Source: Eledone cirrhosa | Lineage: Eukaryota | Assembly: GCA_964016885.1 (NCBI GenBank) | Contig: OZ024744.1 | Coordinates: forward strand, 38,006,001-38,070,000 | Reading direction: 5' to 3' | Length of the DNA stretch: 64,000 bases | Shown here: positions 1-12,473 of the stretch, one piece after another | Layout: every line of letters starts with the position of its first letter | Position numbering within the stretch: the first letter of the stretch is position 1 | The notes under the pieces: generated by a model | The model's input: the letters and a program-made list of their open reading frames with translations, nothing else | Told to the model about the DNA's origin: nothing | Database searches by the model: none | Program-made: the position numbers and the translations under genes

Positions 1-325
1 AATGAGACACGTATCAATAAAGTGTGAAAAATAATGATCATATGTCTAGTTTAAAATTCATAGGTTTATATTAGAAGGTTATCCCAGATTTTATACTATA
101 TACATCATGTGAATTTACGTGATCAGCTCTGCAAATTCCTATTTCACACGAAAACATTCTCATTGTGCTATAAAAATTCTAGTATACATATATGTGTACA
201 TACACACAAATATATATAGAGTCTACATTAATTTTAACCATACTATTCATGTCTTTACTCTACATGATTATCGTTCAAGCATAAATAGAGAACAGATATC
301 AATATATTAATAAAAATAAAAATAT

Positions 326-374
<49 letters not shown>

Positions 375-815
375 AATTTCAGTACAGCATCAGCGAAGCT
401 TTTGGTAGCAGCCAAGCTAACGAATGCGGTTTCGGTGTGCAGCTAAGCACACAATGGAGAATATTACCCCAGCCTTATAACATTACGTTTAGACAGCTTT
501 GCAAATCAAATAAAGCGACCAATAGACGGGCCGCAGAGACCATAGCGACGAAAAAAACTGAACTCAGGAAGAATGTTTGACTGGTATATATATATATAAA
601 TATAAATATAAAATTAGCGACAATCGCATTTCGGCGGGTAGAATTGGCGGAGCGCAACTTTTGTATTATGCAGACAAGTTCTACATGGCTACAAAGATAC
701 CAGAGCTATAAACATAAGTTAAAAAGGTCATACAAACTGAGACGCTGGTTAAGAAGCCATTAACCACCTTAGCCAAAAAAGCGAACAAGCTAAACGGGTC
801 AAACAAAATAAGATA

Positions 816-1007
<192 letters not shown>

Positions 1008-1160
1008 ATAAATGCTCTGAAATAGCGATATATATGTGAATATAGACATAGAATATTCGAAAATATTCTGTATGTTTATAATAAACATTTTGAAGACCTA
1101 ATCGCTATAGAATAGAATACGTCACGTATTACAATTAGATTCTCGATAAAAGCAAGGGAA

Positions 1161-1203
1161 GTAATCTACGCGTTTCATTCTTGTTAGAATTCATCAGGAC
1201 TAC
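1161..1203 (-). ncRNA. Type I hammerhead ribozyme (310-bp unit); further copies at 1471-1513, 1781-1823, 2091-2133
   Basis: Reverse strand reads gtagtc-CTGATGA-attct aaca agaat-GAAA-cgcg-TA-gattac. Confidence 0.9.
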
Positions 1204-2504
1204 ATATCCAGTGCTTTTATCGAGAATGACACAGCTAGAGACTTATAGAATACTTAGCTGTGTACAGGAACTGGTTTGAAAGAGCGGTTGCCGGTCCGGC
1301 AGAAATTAGAAATTGGAATAAATGCTCTGAAATAGCGATATATATGTGAATATAGACATAGAATATTCGAAAATATTCTGTATGTTTATAATAAACATTT
1401 TGAAGACCTAATCGCTATAGAATAGAATACGTCACGTATTACAATTAGATTCTCGATAAAAGCAAGGGAAGTAATCTACGCGTTTCATTCTTGTTAGAAT
1501 TCATCAGGACTACATATCCAGTGCTTTTATCGAGAATGACACAGCTAGAGACTTATAGAATACTTAGCTGTGTACAGGAACTGGTTTGAAAGAGCGGTTG
1601 CCGGTCCGGCAGAAATTAGAAATTGGAATAAATGCTCTGAAATAGCGATATATATGTGAATATAGACATAGAATATTCGAAAATATTCTGTATGTTTATA
1701 ATAAACATTTTGAAGACCTAATCGCTATAGAATAGAATACGTCACGTATTACAATTAGATTCTCGATAAAAGCAAGGGAAGTAATCTACGCGTTTCATTC
1801 TTGTTAGAATTCATCAGGACTACATATCCAGTGCTTTTATCGAGAATGACACAGCTAGAGACTTATAGAATACTTAGCTGTGTACAGGAACTGGTTTGAA
1901 AGAGCGGTTGCCGGTCCGGCAGAAATTAGAAATTGGAATAAATGCTCTGAAATAGCGATATATATGTGAATATAGACATAGAATATTCGAAAATATTCTG
2001 TATGTTTATAATAAACATTTTGAAGACCTAATCGCTATAGAATAGAATACGTCACGTATTACAATTAGATTCTCGATAAAAGCAAGGGAAGTAATCTACG
2101 CGTTTCATTCTTGTTAGAATTCATCAGGACTACATATCCAGTGCTTTTATCGAGAATGACACAGCTAGAGACTTATAGAATACTTAGCTGTGTACAGGAA
2201 CTGGTTTGAAAGAGCGGTTGCCGGTCCGGCAGAAATTAGAAATTGGAATAAATGCTCTGAAATAGCGATATATATGTGAATATAGACATAGAATATTCGA
2301 AAATATTCTGTATGTTTATAATAAACATTTTGAAGACCTAATTTGAAGACCTATATATTCACATATATATCGCTATTTCAGAGCATTTATTCCAATTTCT
2401 AATTTCTGCCGGACCGGCAACCGCTCTTTCAAACCAGTTCCTGTACACAGCTAAGTATTCTATAAGTCTCTAGCTGTGTCATTCTCGATAAAAGCACTGG
2501 ATAT

Positions 2505-2547
2505 GTAGTCCTGATGAATTCTAACAAGAATGAAACGCGTAGATTAC
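2505..2547 (+). ncRNA. Type I hammerhead ribozyme (310-bp unit); further copies at 2815-2857, 3125-3167
   Basis: Stem I gtagtc/gattac, CUGAUGA core, stem II attct/agaat, GAAA, palindromic stem III acgcgt, GUA site (cut after 2541). Stem I is extended by a perfect 16-bp helix, 2481-2496/2554-2569. Confidence 0.92.
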
Positions 2548-3552
2548 TTCCCTTGCTTTTATCGAGAATCTAATTGTAATACGTGACGTATTCTATTCTA
2601 TAGCGATTAGGTCTTCAAAATGTTTATTATAAACATACAGAATATTTTCGAATATTCTATGTCTATATTCACATATATATCGCTATTTCAGAGCATTTAT
2701 TCCAATTTCTAATTTCTGCCGGACCGGCAACCGCTCTTTCAAACCAGTTCCTGTACACAGCTAAGTATTCTATAAGTCTCTAGCTGTGTCATTCTCGATA
2801 AAAGCACTGGATATGTAGTCCTGATGAATTCTAACAAGAATGAAACGCGTAGATTACTTCCCTTGCTTTTATCGAGAATCTAATTGTAATACGTGACGTA
2901 TTCTATTCTATAGCGATTAGGTCTTCAAAATGTTTATTATAAACATACAGAATATTTTCGAATATTCTATGTCTATATTCACATATATATCGCTATTTCA
3001 GAGCATTTATTCCAATTTCTAATTTCTGCCGGACCGGCAACCGCTCTTTCAAACCAGTTCCTGTACACAGCTAAGTATTCTATAAGTCTCTAGCTGTGTC
3101 ATTCTCGATAAAAGCACTGGATATGTAGTCCTGATGAATTCTAACAAGAATGAAACGCGTAGATTACTTCCCTTGCTTTTATCGAGAATCTAATTGTAAT
3201 ACGTGACGTATTCTATTCTATAGCGATTAGGTCTTCAAAATGTTTATTATAAACATACAGAATATTTTCGAATATTCTATGTCTATATTCACATATATAT
3301 ATATATATATATACATTATTAGAAAGTCAGGTTTTTTTTACAAAATGAAAAATAACCGAGGTGTCCTACACGAGTGAGAGTATAAAGAAAAAAAATGAAA
3401 TCGAAAATGCAACTGGAGTCTTATTTAAAAAAAAAATATATATTTTTTTAAAAATAAGACTCCAGTTACATTTTCGATTTCATCTTATTTTCTATATATA
3501 TACTTATATATATATATATATATATAATGTATAAAAATCAACACAATATAAT

Positions 3553-3626
3553 TACCTCATTACCAGAGGTTTCCCGAATGAAGCGAATACGAAAGAAACG
3601 TCTTCATTCGTTCGTCAGACGAGGCA
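3553..3626 (-). ncRNA. pLTR hammerhead of PLE1; copies at 7331-7404 (-) and 8858-8931 (+)
   Basis: tgcctcgt-CTGACGA-a cgaatgaag...cttcattcg g-GAAA-cc tct gg-TA-atgaggta, with an A.G mismatch closing stem II. Confidence 0.75.
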
Positions 3627-4397
3627 ATATAAAACATGGGTAAATACTTGGAAAGTCTCGTCAAGAAAATCAAAAAAAATATAGACAAATGAATTAGAAA
3701 TTGAAATATATAATAATCTATCAAGAAATATAGTTAGGTGTGTGTATATATATGTATATACGCCCACAGATGTGCATATATGTGTATGCACACATGTATA
3801 CGTATAGTGAAAAAGTGTGCATAAATATAAAATTTAGGGCAAATGTATCTGTATGTCTGTAATCTACAGACAGAATAGATACATCATAAGAAATTGAATA
3901 TGAAGGCGCGCGCATAAACACACCTACACACACGTACACTTAGATGCGGAAGTAAAAGAGGTAAGGGAGTGTAATAATTAAAGGAAAGTATCAATCTCGA
4001 TATATTTATAAAAATGGAACAATAAAATAAAAAGAAAAAAGTTTTTAGAAAGAAAAAATTAAAGGAAAGAAGACAAAAAAGGGGTACATACATACACACA
4101 CACGCATATCTCACAAAAGAAACGCAAAAATATACATGCTTATATACACACGCACACTTACACATCCATACGTTCGATACGTACATACACACACACACAA
4201 CACACATACTTACACTCACGCATATTGACCTGTTTGCATGCACACGCATAAAAATGAGTAAGTAGAAAAAAAAGGGGGGGGGGGAAGAAAAAAGGAACAA
4301 AACATAAAACCTAGATGTCAAAACACGGATATAAAGACACATACACAAACGTTTAATATATACATACACACACACACACACATACATACACACATTT

Positions 4398-4450
<53 letters not shown>

Positions 4451-4773
4451 CACGCACGCGCGCGCACATACGTAGTCGCTCATGCACATATATAGAAAGT
4501 ATACACACATTAAGGCGTTCAGCCATATTGATACAGGGTGTAAAAAACTTGTGGATAAGTGAGTACAAATATAAAATTGTAAGATTGGCTTTGCAAAAAT
4601 TAAAAATTAAAAAATTAAAAAAATTAAGATAAAAATGAAAAATATATCTGGTTTGGAAAACACAAATGACAAGTGTAATCAGTTAGTGAAGGAAAAAGGG
4701 AAGTAAAAAGGGGAAGTAAAAAATGGAAAGTGAATCGGAGAATAAAGGGGGGGGGTATTGGTGGATGTGAAGT

Positions 4774-4920
4774 AAAAATAAAAATAAAAATAAAAATAAA
4801 AATAAAAATAAAAATAAAAATAAAAATAAAAATAAAAATAAAAATAAAAATAAAAATAAAAATAAAAATAAAAATAAAAATAAAAATAAAAATAAAAAGA
4901 AAAATAAAAAGAAAAATAAA
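4774..4920 (+). repeat. (AAAAAT)n hexamer tract in the PLE1 3' UTR
   Basis: More than 20 units here, only about 4 in the inverted copy (7685-7712). Confidence 0.9.
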
Positions 4921-4989
4921 TGAAATTAATGACAAGGATAAAAATGAAAGTAAGCCAGAAAGGGTAATTAAAAAGAGAATAATAAGAGT

Positions 4990-7109
4990 TTATGGAGGAT
5001 AAGTATCTGAAAGTGTGTTAAGTTTATATGAGCTGGAAAGCAGGTGTGATTTCATATGTGGGCAACTGGTGAAAATTTCGGTCTTTGTGTTCAGGCAGGT
5101 CTTTGGTGATTTTAGATTTTGCAATATCAAATATTTTTCATTTATGCAGAGCGTGCATTTTCTTGTTCCTCTAGCATATTTTTTAGATTGGTTCAAAATT
5201 GACCAATCTAATTTATATTAAATGCCTTGGTCTTTCAAATCCCAAATTCTGCTAGCCAGAGCTGTTGTATATCTTTTTTCTATATGTCGAAAGGATGCGA
5301 CATGTGAGTAATAACGCGTTTTGAATTTGTCTTGCGTCATACCCACATATCGTTCACTGGTGGCTGGATGCTTGTTGCTGGTGGTTGTCACTTTAGCCGC
5401 ATATACAATGGCTTTGGTGTTGCATTTACATTGTAATGGGCATTCACTTTTGATTCTACAGGAGCAAGTTTGATTTTCTCTAGGTGATATTTTGTTGAGG
5501 ATATAGGACTTAATAGGGGGACCGCAGGAATAGCTAATTTTGACACAGTTTCTGTTAAATATCTTATAGTATCTATGTGTTCTAGGGAAATGTTTATCTA
5601 GGAGCTCAAGGAATTGTTTGCCTACATTAGTTTTAACTGCTAGAGAGTAGGGGGGTGTGAACCAGATTATTTTTCTTTTCCTGTTTATATGTTTAATAGA
5701 GTTAGTATAGTTAGGTATGTATTTAATCGGTTCGATAAAACCGCTATTTTGGAGGGCTTTATTATAGTAGGGGGATGCCTTATTAAAAATAGCTTCTGAG
5801 GAAGAGAGGGTGGAGATCCTACGGCTAATATTAGGGATAAGGTTTTTAAAAACTATAGGTGGATGGCAAGATCCTTTATTTATATATTTTAAGTTTTCAT
5901 TAGGTTTATGGTATGGTTTATAAGAAGCAGTAGGCAAATCTAGGTTTATATCTAGGAAATCTACGTTGGAAAGGTTAGTGTCAATAGTAATTTTAAGATT
6001 AAAACTAGCGAAGGTTTTTATTAAGTCTTTCCTTAATCTATCTAAGTTATGGCCTATGGTGGTATGGGAAAGTATTAGACCATCGTCGCGATAAAGCCCA
6101 AAAATATGGTTAGGAAATTTTTCTTTAAGTGTATGTAAGAGGAATAGGCCGACCAGATCACAAACATCAGCGCTGTCGTAAGAGCCCATTGAGACATCGA
6201 ATGGGTTCTCTGGGTTAGATATTTTTACCCAAGTGTCATTATCATTAAAAAGTAGAGTGTTCCTAGCATGCAAGATGACATTCTCTTCAATATCGGAGAT
6301 ATTAGTAAACCCTCTAGCGAAATTTAAAGCTTTCGCTAAAAGGGTCTGAGTAATAGATGGGTAGAAATCTACAATGTCAAATTGGGTAAATCTAGAACTG
6401 ATTTTGTTTTTAATATTATTAAACCAATGTACTACGGAAGAGCTATTTATCCATTGGAGTAATTTAGACTTACTTCTAATGTGTGTAATTAATTTATTTA
6501 AAATTTTTTTACTGGCAAGACCAATGTCAGTCTTAGCAGGGTTGATTAATCTACAACTAGGACGATTAATAAAGTCGGGTTTATGATCTTTAAGGGTGAT
6601 ATACGCAGAACGTTTAGCAAGTTTTTCTGTCCTATTATCTATTTTTAAAGAAACAGCTAATTCTTTAGCTTCCTTATTTATATTATGGTACGTATTTATA
6701 TTAGCTATTTCGTATTTAATAGTTGGTCGTGTAAATTATTATTAATTTCATATAGGTTTTTAGTTTTATCGGAGAAGATGAACTTATTATTAGAAGATTT
6801 GAAAGTTGAAATATCATTAGATAACTTAGATTGAAAGGGATTAGAGTACTTACGAAAATTTATATTGTTGATTAGGTTAACTAGGTCTAATTCAAAGGCG
6901 GTCATATCTTTTACTCTTTGCGGGTATTTATGAGTTTTGATGTCAAAAAGTTCCGTAGAATCCGTATTAAATTGTCCATCGAGAATCAAAGCTTTCCATC
7001 TCATTCTTTTAACAACCTTCTCTACTTTGTCTATCAGTATTTTTGTGTAGAGAGTGTTAGAAGGTGTTGGGATATTCTTTACAGAGTAGTCCAAAGGGTA
7101 TCTATCCAT
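4990..7109 (-). pseudogene. PLE polyprotein (reverse transcriptase plus GIY-YIG endonuclease), about 700 aa, with one frameshift (~6712-6720) and one in-frame TAA (5218-5220)
   Basis: N-terminal YSVKNIP and VKRMRWKA; ITLKDHK...CRLINP; QFDIVDFYPSI; MGSYDSADVCDLVGL; YRDDG; FLDI; WFTPPYS; CSC-C-C-C; IVY...YVG (GIY-YIG); CTLC; SCPH. The frame is open from ~6735 to 5221 and continues in frame after the TAA. Confidence 0.92.
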
Positions 7110-9107
7110 GCTCGGTATTGGTTTAAAATCCTATGACTGAAGAGTGCTCGACTTTAAAAGGGCTGGAAGGTGCCAATCTCATAAAGATGTAGAATATGCT
7201 GCGATCATTCCCTTGGGAGCTTTATAAGTATTGAAATTTCCGTTGGAAACAGAAAAGGTCATAGAAGTGAAGAGTGCTCTATGTAAGTATCAGAGCAAAA
7301 TTTAATGTATAAAAATCAATACAATATAATTACCTCATTACCAGAGGTTTCCCGAATGAAGCGAATACGAAAGAAACGTCTTCATTCGTTCGTCAGACGA
7401 GGCAATATAAAACATGGGTAAATACTTGGAAAGTCTCGTCAAGAAAATGCACGCTCTGCATAAATGAAAAATATTGGATATTGCAAAATCTAAAATCACC
7501 AAAGACCTGCCTGAACACAAAGACGGAAATTTTCACCAGTTGCCCACATATGAAATCAGACCTGCTTTCCAGCTCATATAAACTTAACACACTTTCAGAT
7601 ACTTATCCTCCATAAACTCTTATTATTCTCTTTTTAATTACCCTTTCTGGCTTACTTTCATTTTTATCCTTGTCATTAATTTCATTTATTTTTATTTTTA
7701 TTTTTATTTTTACTTCACATCCACCAATACCCCCCCCCCTTTATTCTCCGATTCACTTTCCATTTTTTACTTCCCCTTTTTACTTCCCTTTTTCCTTCAC
7801 TAACTGATTAGACTTGTCATTTGTGTTTTCCAAACCAGATATATTTTTCATTTTTATTTTAATTTTTTTTATGTTTTTATTTTTTATTTTTGCAAAGCCA
7901 ATCTTACAATTTTATATTTGTACTCACTTATCCACAAGTTTTTTACACCCTGTATCAATATGGCTGAACGCCTTAACGTGTGTATACTTTCTATATATGT
8001 GCATGAGCGACTACGTATGTGCGCGCGCGTGCGTGTATGTATATATATATATATATGTGTGTGTGTAAATATGTGTATATATATATATATATATGTGTAA
8101 ATGTGTGTATGTATGTATGTGTGTGTGTATGTATATATTAAGCGTATGTGTGTGTCTTTATATCCGTGTTTTGACATCTAGGTTTTATGTTTTGTTCCTT
8201 TTTTCTCCCCCCCCCTTTTTTTCTACTTACTCATTTTTATGCGTGTGCATGCAAACAGGTCAATATGCGTGAGTGTAAGTATGTGTGTTGTGTGTGTGTG
8301 TATGTACGTATCGATCGTATGGATGTGTAAGTGTGCGTGTGTATATAAGCATGTATATTTTTGCGTTTCTTTTGTGAGATATGCGTGTGTATGTATGTAC
8401 CCCTTTTTTGTCTTCTTTTCTTTCATTTTTTCTTTCTAAAAACTTTTTTATTTTTATTTTATTGTTCCATTTTTATAAATATATCGAGATTGATACTTTT
8501 CTTTAATTATTACACTCCCTTACCTCTTTTACTTCCGCATCTAAATGTACGTGTGTGTAGGTGTGTTTATGCGCGCACCTTCATATTCAATTTCTTATGA
8601 TGTATCTATTCTGTCTGTAGATTACAGACATACAGATACATTTGCCCTAAATTTTATATTTATGCACACTTTTTCACTATACGTATACATGTGTGCATAC
8701 ACATATATGCACATCTGTGAGCGTATATACATATATATACACACACCTAACTATATTTCTTGATAGATTATTATATATTTCAATTTCTAATTCATTTGTC
8801 TATATTTTTTTTGATTTTCTTGACGAGACTTTCCAAGTATTTACCCATGTTTTATATTGTCTCGTCTGACGAACGAATGAAGACGTTTCTTTCGTATTCG
8901 CTTCATCCGGGAAACCTCTGGTAATGAGGTAATTATATTGTATTGATTTTTATACATTAAATTTTGCTCTGATACTTACATAGAGCACTCTTCACTTCTA
9001 TGACCTTTTCTGTTTCCAACGGAAATTTCAATACTTATATATATATATATATATATATAAAATTTAAAAAGTGATCAACATTACAAAAAAAAAGGGATTT
9101 ATTTACA

Positions 9108-9213
9108 GTCTGACAATTCTTTCACTGATTAAGTTGACTAAAAATTGCTGAACACTAGAAGCAGTGCCACTCAATTTTAAACACGATGTTAGCTTAATCA
9201 GATCATCGGAGAC
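9108..9213 (-). ncRNA. Degenerate hammerhead with long stem II
   Basis: gtct-CCGATGA-t ctgattaag...cttaatcag t-GAAA-gaattg-TC-agac. It has U4C and a stem III mismatch. Confidence 0.55.
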
Positions 9214-9617
9214 AACTAGAATATACATTAAATTTATAAATTCAAATTACAGCATCATTAATAATATTAATAATAAAGATAGAGAGAGAAATAGTAATAG
9301 ATAAAAGAAAGAAAGAAAAAGAAAAAAGAAAAAGGAGAAAGGAAAGCAGAGAGAGATAGAGAGAAAAAAAAGAAATAGAGAAAGAGGATAGAAAGAGGAA
9401 AGAAAAGGATAAAGGAGAAATAAAGGTAGAGAGAGAAAAATAGAGGGAAAATAATGATAACAACAATAAATGAATTAATGTTAATACATGAATAAAGGTA
9501 AATAAATAAACAAGTTACATCGAGGATGATACAAAATAATATAAAATATGAAAATAAATAAGTAAAAATTTCGAAGAAATTTAAACATATTAAGATTATC
9601 GATAGTGGTTATTGAGA

Positions 9618-9712
<95 letters not shown>

Positions 9713-9756
9713 TAAATATACACGTGTGTGTATGATTGTGTATAGAAGATTATATT

Positions 9757-10129
9757 AATAAGAGTAATTCCAACTTTGTCTGATTTACTCGTTTTATTTA
9801 CAATCCTTTAAAATGTATAATGGTATTATAATGAAATAGTATGGTAGAATATTAAATGTTAAATGTTAATTGAACAAGTACTTTCATGCTTTAGCAATCT
9901 TCAGGTTCATAATGTGTGGTGACAGTCAAGTTTGCAATTTTCAACTGTGAAAATTGCAAACTTGACTGTCACTACACATTATGAACCTGAAGATTGCGAA
10001 AGCATGAAAGTACTTGTTCAATTAACATTTAACATTTAATATTCTACCATACTATTTCATTCTAATACCATTATACATTTTAAAGGATTGTAAATAAAAC
10101 GAGTAAATCAGACAAAGTTGGAATTACTT

Positions 10130-10134
<5 letters not shown>
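9757..10134. repeat. Near-perfect 378-bp palindrome of two head-to-head hammerhead-bearing fragments (ribozymes at 9871-9909 - and 9982-10020 +)
   Basis: Arms 9757-9943 and 9948-10134 with a 4-nt spacer. Motif: tgaac-CTGAAGA-t tgc gaaa gca t-GAAA-gtac-TT-gttca. Confidence 0.85.
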
Positions 10135-10160
<26 letters not shown>

Positions 10161-10201
10161 CGATATTAAATAAATGGAAACTATATTTATAAAACCATAT
10201 T

Positions 10202-10266
10202 TATTTCATTATACATATTTCAGGGATACCAAATTAAAATATGGTATGCCTTCATCAGACAAAATA
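10202..10266 (-). ncRNA. pLTR hammerhead, PLE2 family; the partner copy at 13901-13963 (+) has GAAA changed to TAAA
   Basis: tattttgt-CTGATGA-agg catacca...tggtat c cct-GAAA-tatgta-TA-atgaaata. Confidence 0.8.
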
Positions 10267-10373
10267 CAATATATAAACAGCTTTATAAATTATTTTGACG
10301 TACCCTATTAGATGCGACCATTATTTTTGGAAGCTGTCTGGATAGTGAGATGTTTATAATTATTTTATTAGTT

Positions 10374-12473
10374 ATAGTGAAAAATCAGGTGGCGTGCTTT
10401 CCACTTTAATAAATCTAATCTAAATGAAAATGTTTGGATAAAATTTTCAAATCTAAAAAAAATCCATCCCCCAACAATCTACTAATGGATTTTGAAAAGG
10501 ATATAATTTCTATCATCCAAGGCATCAAATTCAAGAGAAACTTCAAAGGCCAGGACTATTTAAGATGCATTAAGGATAATATTGAAAGCTTGGAAAAAAC
10601 ATAGAAGATCTTAGTGAAATCGGACAAAACTAATAACCTTTATGGAGTACAAAAGGACATGTATAACGGCCTTATCGTGAAAGAACTAAGGAAAAAGTAC
10701 AAGGTAGCAAGGAAGACGAACTGGAAAAAATGAATACAGAGGCATCTTGTATAATGCATGAATTAGACATTGAGAATAAAACACAACCCTTCATGCCTAG
10801 GAAACCCAAGATCAATATGAAAGATCACAAAAAAAACTTTGAAAATGATTTGCCATCAAAATCTGACCTGGGAAAACTTAGCAAAAACATTCTAGACAGG
10901 GTAATACAACAAATTAAAAACTTACATAATTTACCTTACTTAAAGTTATGGAAGGGGACTGGCAAGGTTATTGAGTGGTTTAAAGAAATTAAATATAACT
11001 ATAATAATAAGTTTATTCAGCTTGATATTGCTAACTACTATTCATCTATCACTCCTAATCTACTGAATAAGGCACTAAATTACGCATTTAAACATACCGA
11101 CCTAACTAGCAATGAAATGCACATTATATTATCGGCAAGGAAAACATTGATAGAATTTAATAACCAACTATGGACTAGGGCAGATAGAGATAATAATTTC
11201 GACATAACTATGGGATCATCTGACTCAGCTCAAGTAACGGACCTTGTGGGCCTATTTATAATTAATTCGCTACATAGAAAAATACCAGGTGTAACCGGAG
11301 GATTATATCGTGATGACATGCTTTTACTTATTGAAAATAATAGCTGTGAACTAAATAGAAAAAGAAAACAAATTATACAATTTTTTAATTACCTTAATCT
11401 AAAAATAGAAATAGAGAATAACCATAGTATAGTCAATTTTCTGGATGTAACACTAAATCTCAACACATGTCTTCACTATCCATTTCACAAACTAAATGAG
11501 AACTTGAATTATGTCAATTTTAACTCTAATCACCCCAGATCTGTTGAAAATACTATAGTGAACTCTGTTCAAGAACGAATTTTAAGAATTTCATCTAATA
11601 AAAATATTTTTGATGAAAAAGCGCAGTATTACAATAAAGCGTTAGCTAGAGCAGGATATAGAGATAAAATTAAATACATCGATAATAATAAGCAAACTAA
11701 CCAAAATAAAAACAATTTTAATTACGGTAACAACTTTAACAACTATAATAGAAAACATTACAATAATTCCAAAAGCCGAAAAAGAAATAGAACTAGAAAT
11801 ATATTATGGTTTGCCCCCCCCCCCCTTTCTCACTAAATATTAAAACCCATATTGCTAAACTATTCTTTAATGCTCTTGACACATAAATAGAACACATAAA
11901 TATCACTCAATTTTTAATAGACACACTATAAAATTAACTTACTCGTCCACCAAAAATTTAGCACAAAATATTAACAGAATTAATAATGGGAATTTAAAAC
12001 CTAACCAAAATACCAATAATAACCCAAACAATATTCAATTAAATAACTGTAACTAGAAATAAATCTAACTGTCCGTTAAATAACAACTGCTTAGCTAAAA
12101 ATGTAGTGTACAATTGTAATGTTAAAACTAATTTAAATTCTTTCAACTATGCTGGTTCCACCTCGACAGAAGTTAAACTTCGCTTCAATAATCATAAGAA
12201 TTTTTTCACAGATCCAAACAAAAATCCTCAACTTCGCTATCTAGCCTACTCTGGCACCTTAAACGAAATAATGTTAAGTATTCGATGATTTGGAATATTG
12301 TCTCATAAGGTATTCCTTTTTATTCCTCATCAGAGAGTTGTGATCTTTGTATAGAAGAAATATTCTTTATATTAAAGTCCAAAAATTCCCTTAATTTAAG
12401 GAGCAGTTTATTCAGTTGCTGCAGACATAGATTGAACTCAACGTTTAAATATAAATATAAATTTAAAATGTAG
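10374..12473 (+). pseudogene. PLE RT plus GIY-YIG endonuclease with multiple frameshifts and stops (largest open piece 10730-11836)
   Basis: IRWRAF; MKDHK; QLDIANYYSSI; MGSSDSAQVTDLVGL; YRDD; FLDVTL; NSNHP; WFAPP; CPL..C; VVY...YAGST; CDLC; CCRHR. Confidence 0.9.

Larger units (their letters stand above)
3525..9039 (-). mobile_element. Penelope-like element 1 (Naiad-type): full ~3.78-kb unit with direct pLTR, plus an inverted 1.6-kb 3' copy
   Basis: pLTR sequence 3525-3670 is repeated at 7303-7448. 7440-9039 is the reverse complement of the element 3' part plus 5' leader. An RT-GIY-YIG ORF lies inside and (TA)n is at both ends. Confidence 0.92.

Noticed and set aside
605-815. TA-flanked repeat shared with ~14435-14597 as another ribozyme element
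   Set aside because: The homology is visible but no hammerhead core or structure could be found, so it is left unclassified.
5218-5220. Selenocysteine recoding in the PLE ORFs (reported for some Naiads)
   Set aside because: The in-frame stop is TAA at a non-Cys position. Conserved Cys codons are ordinary TGY where checked, and the TAG at ~12054 is better explained by a 2-bp deletion in CNC.
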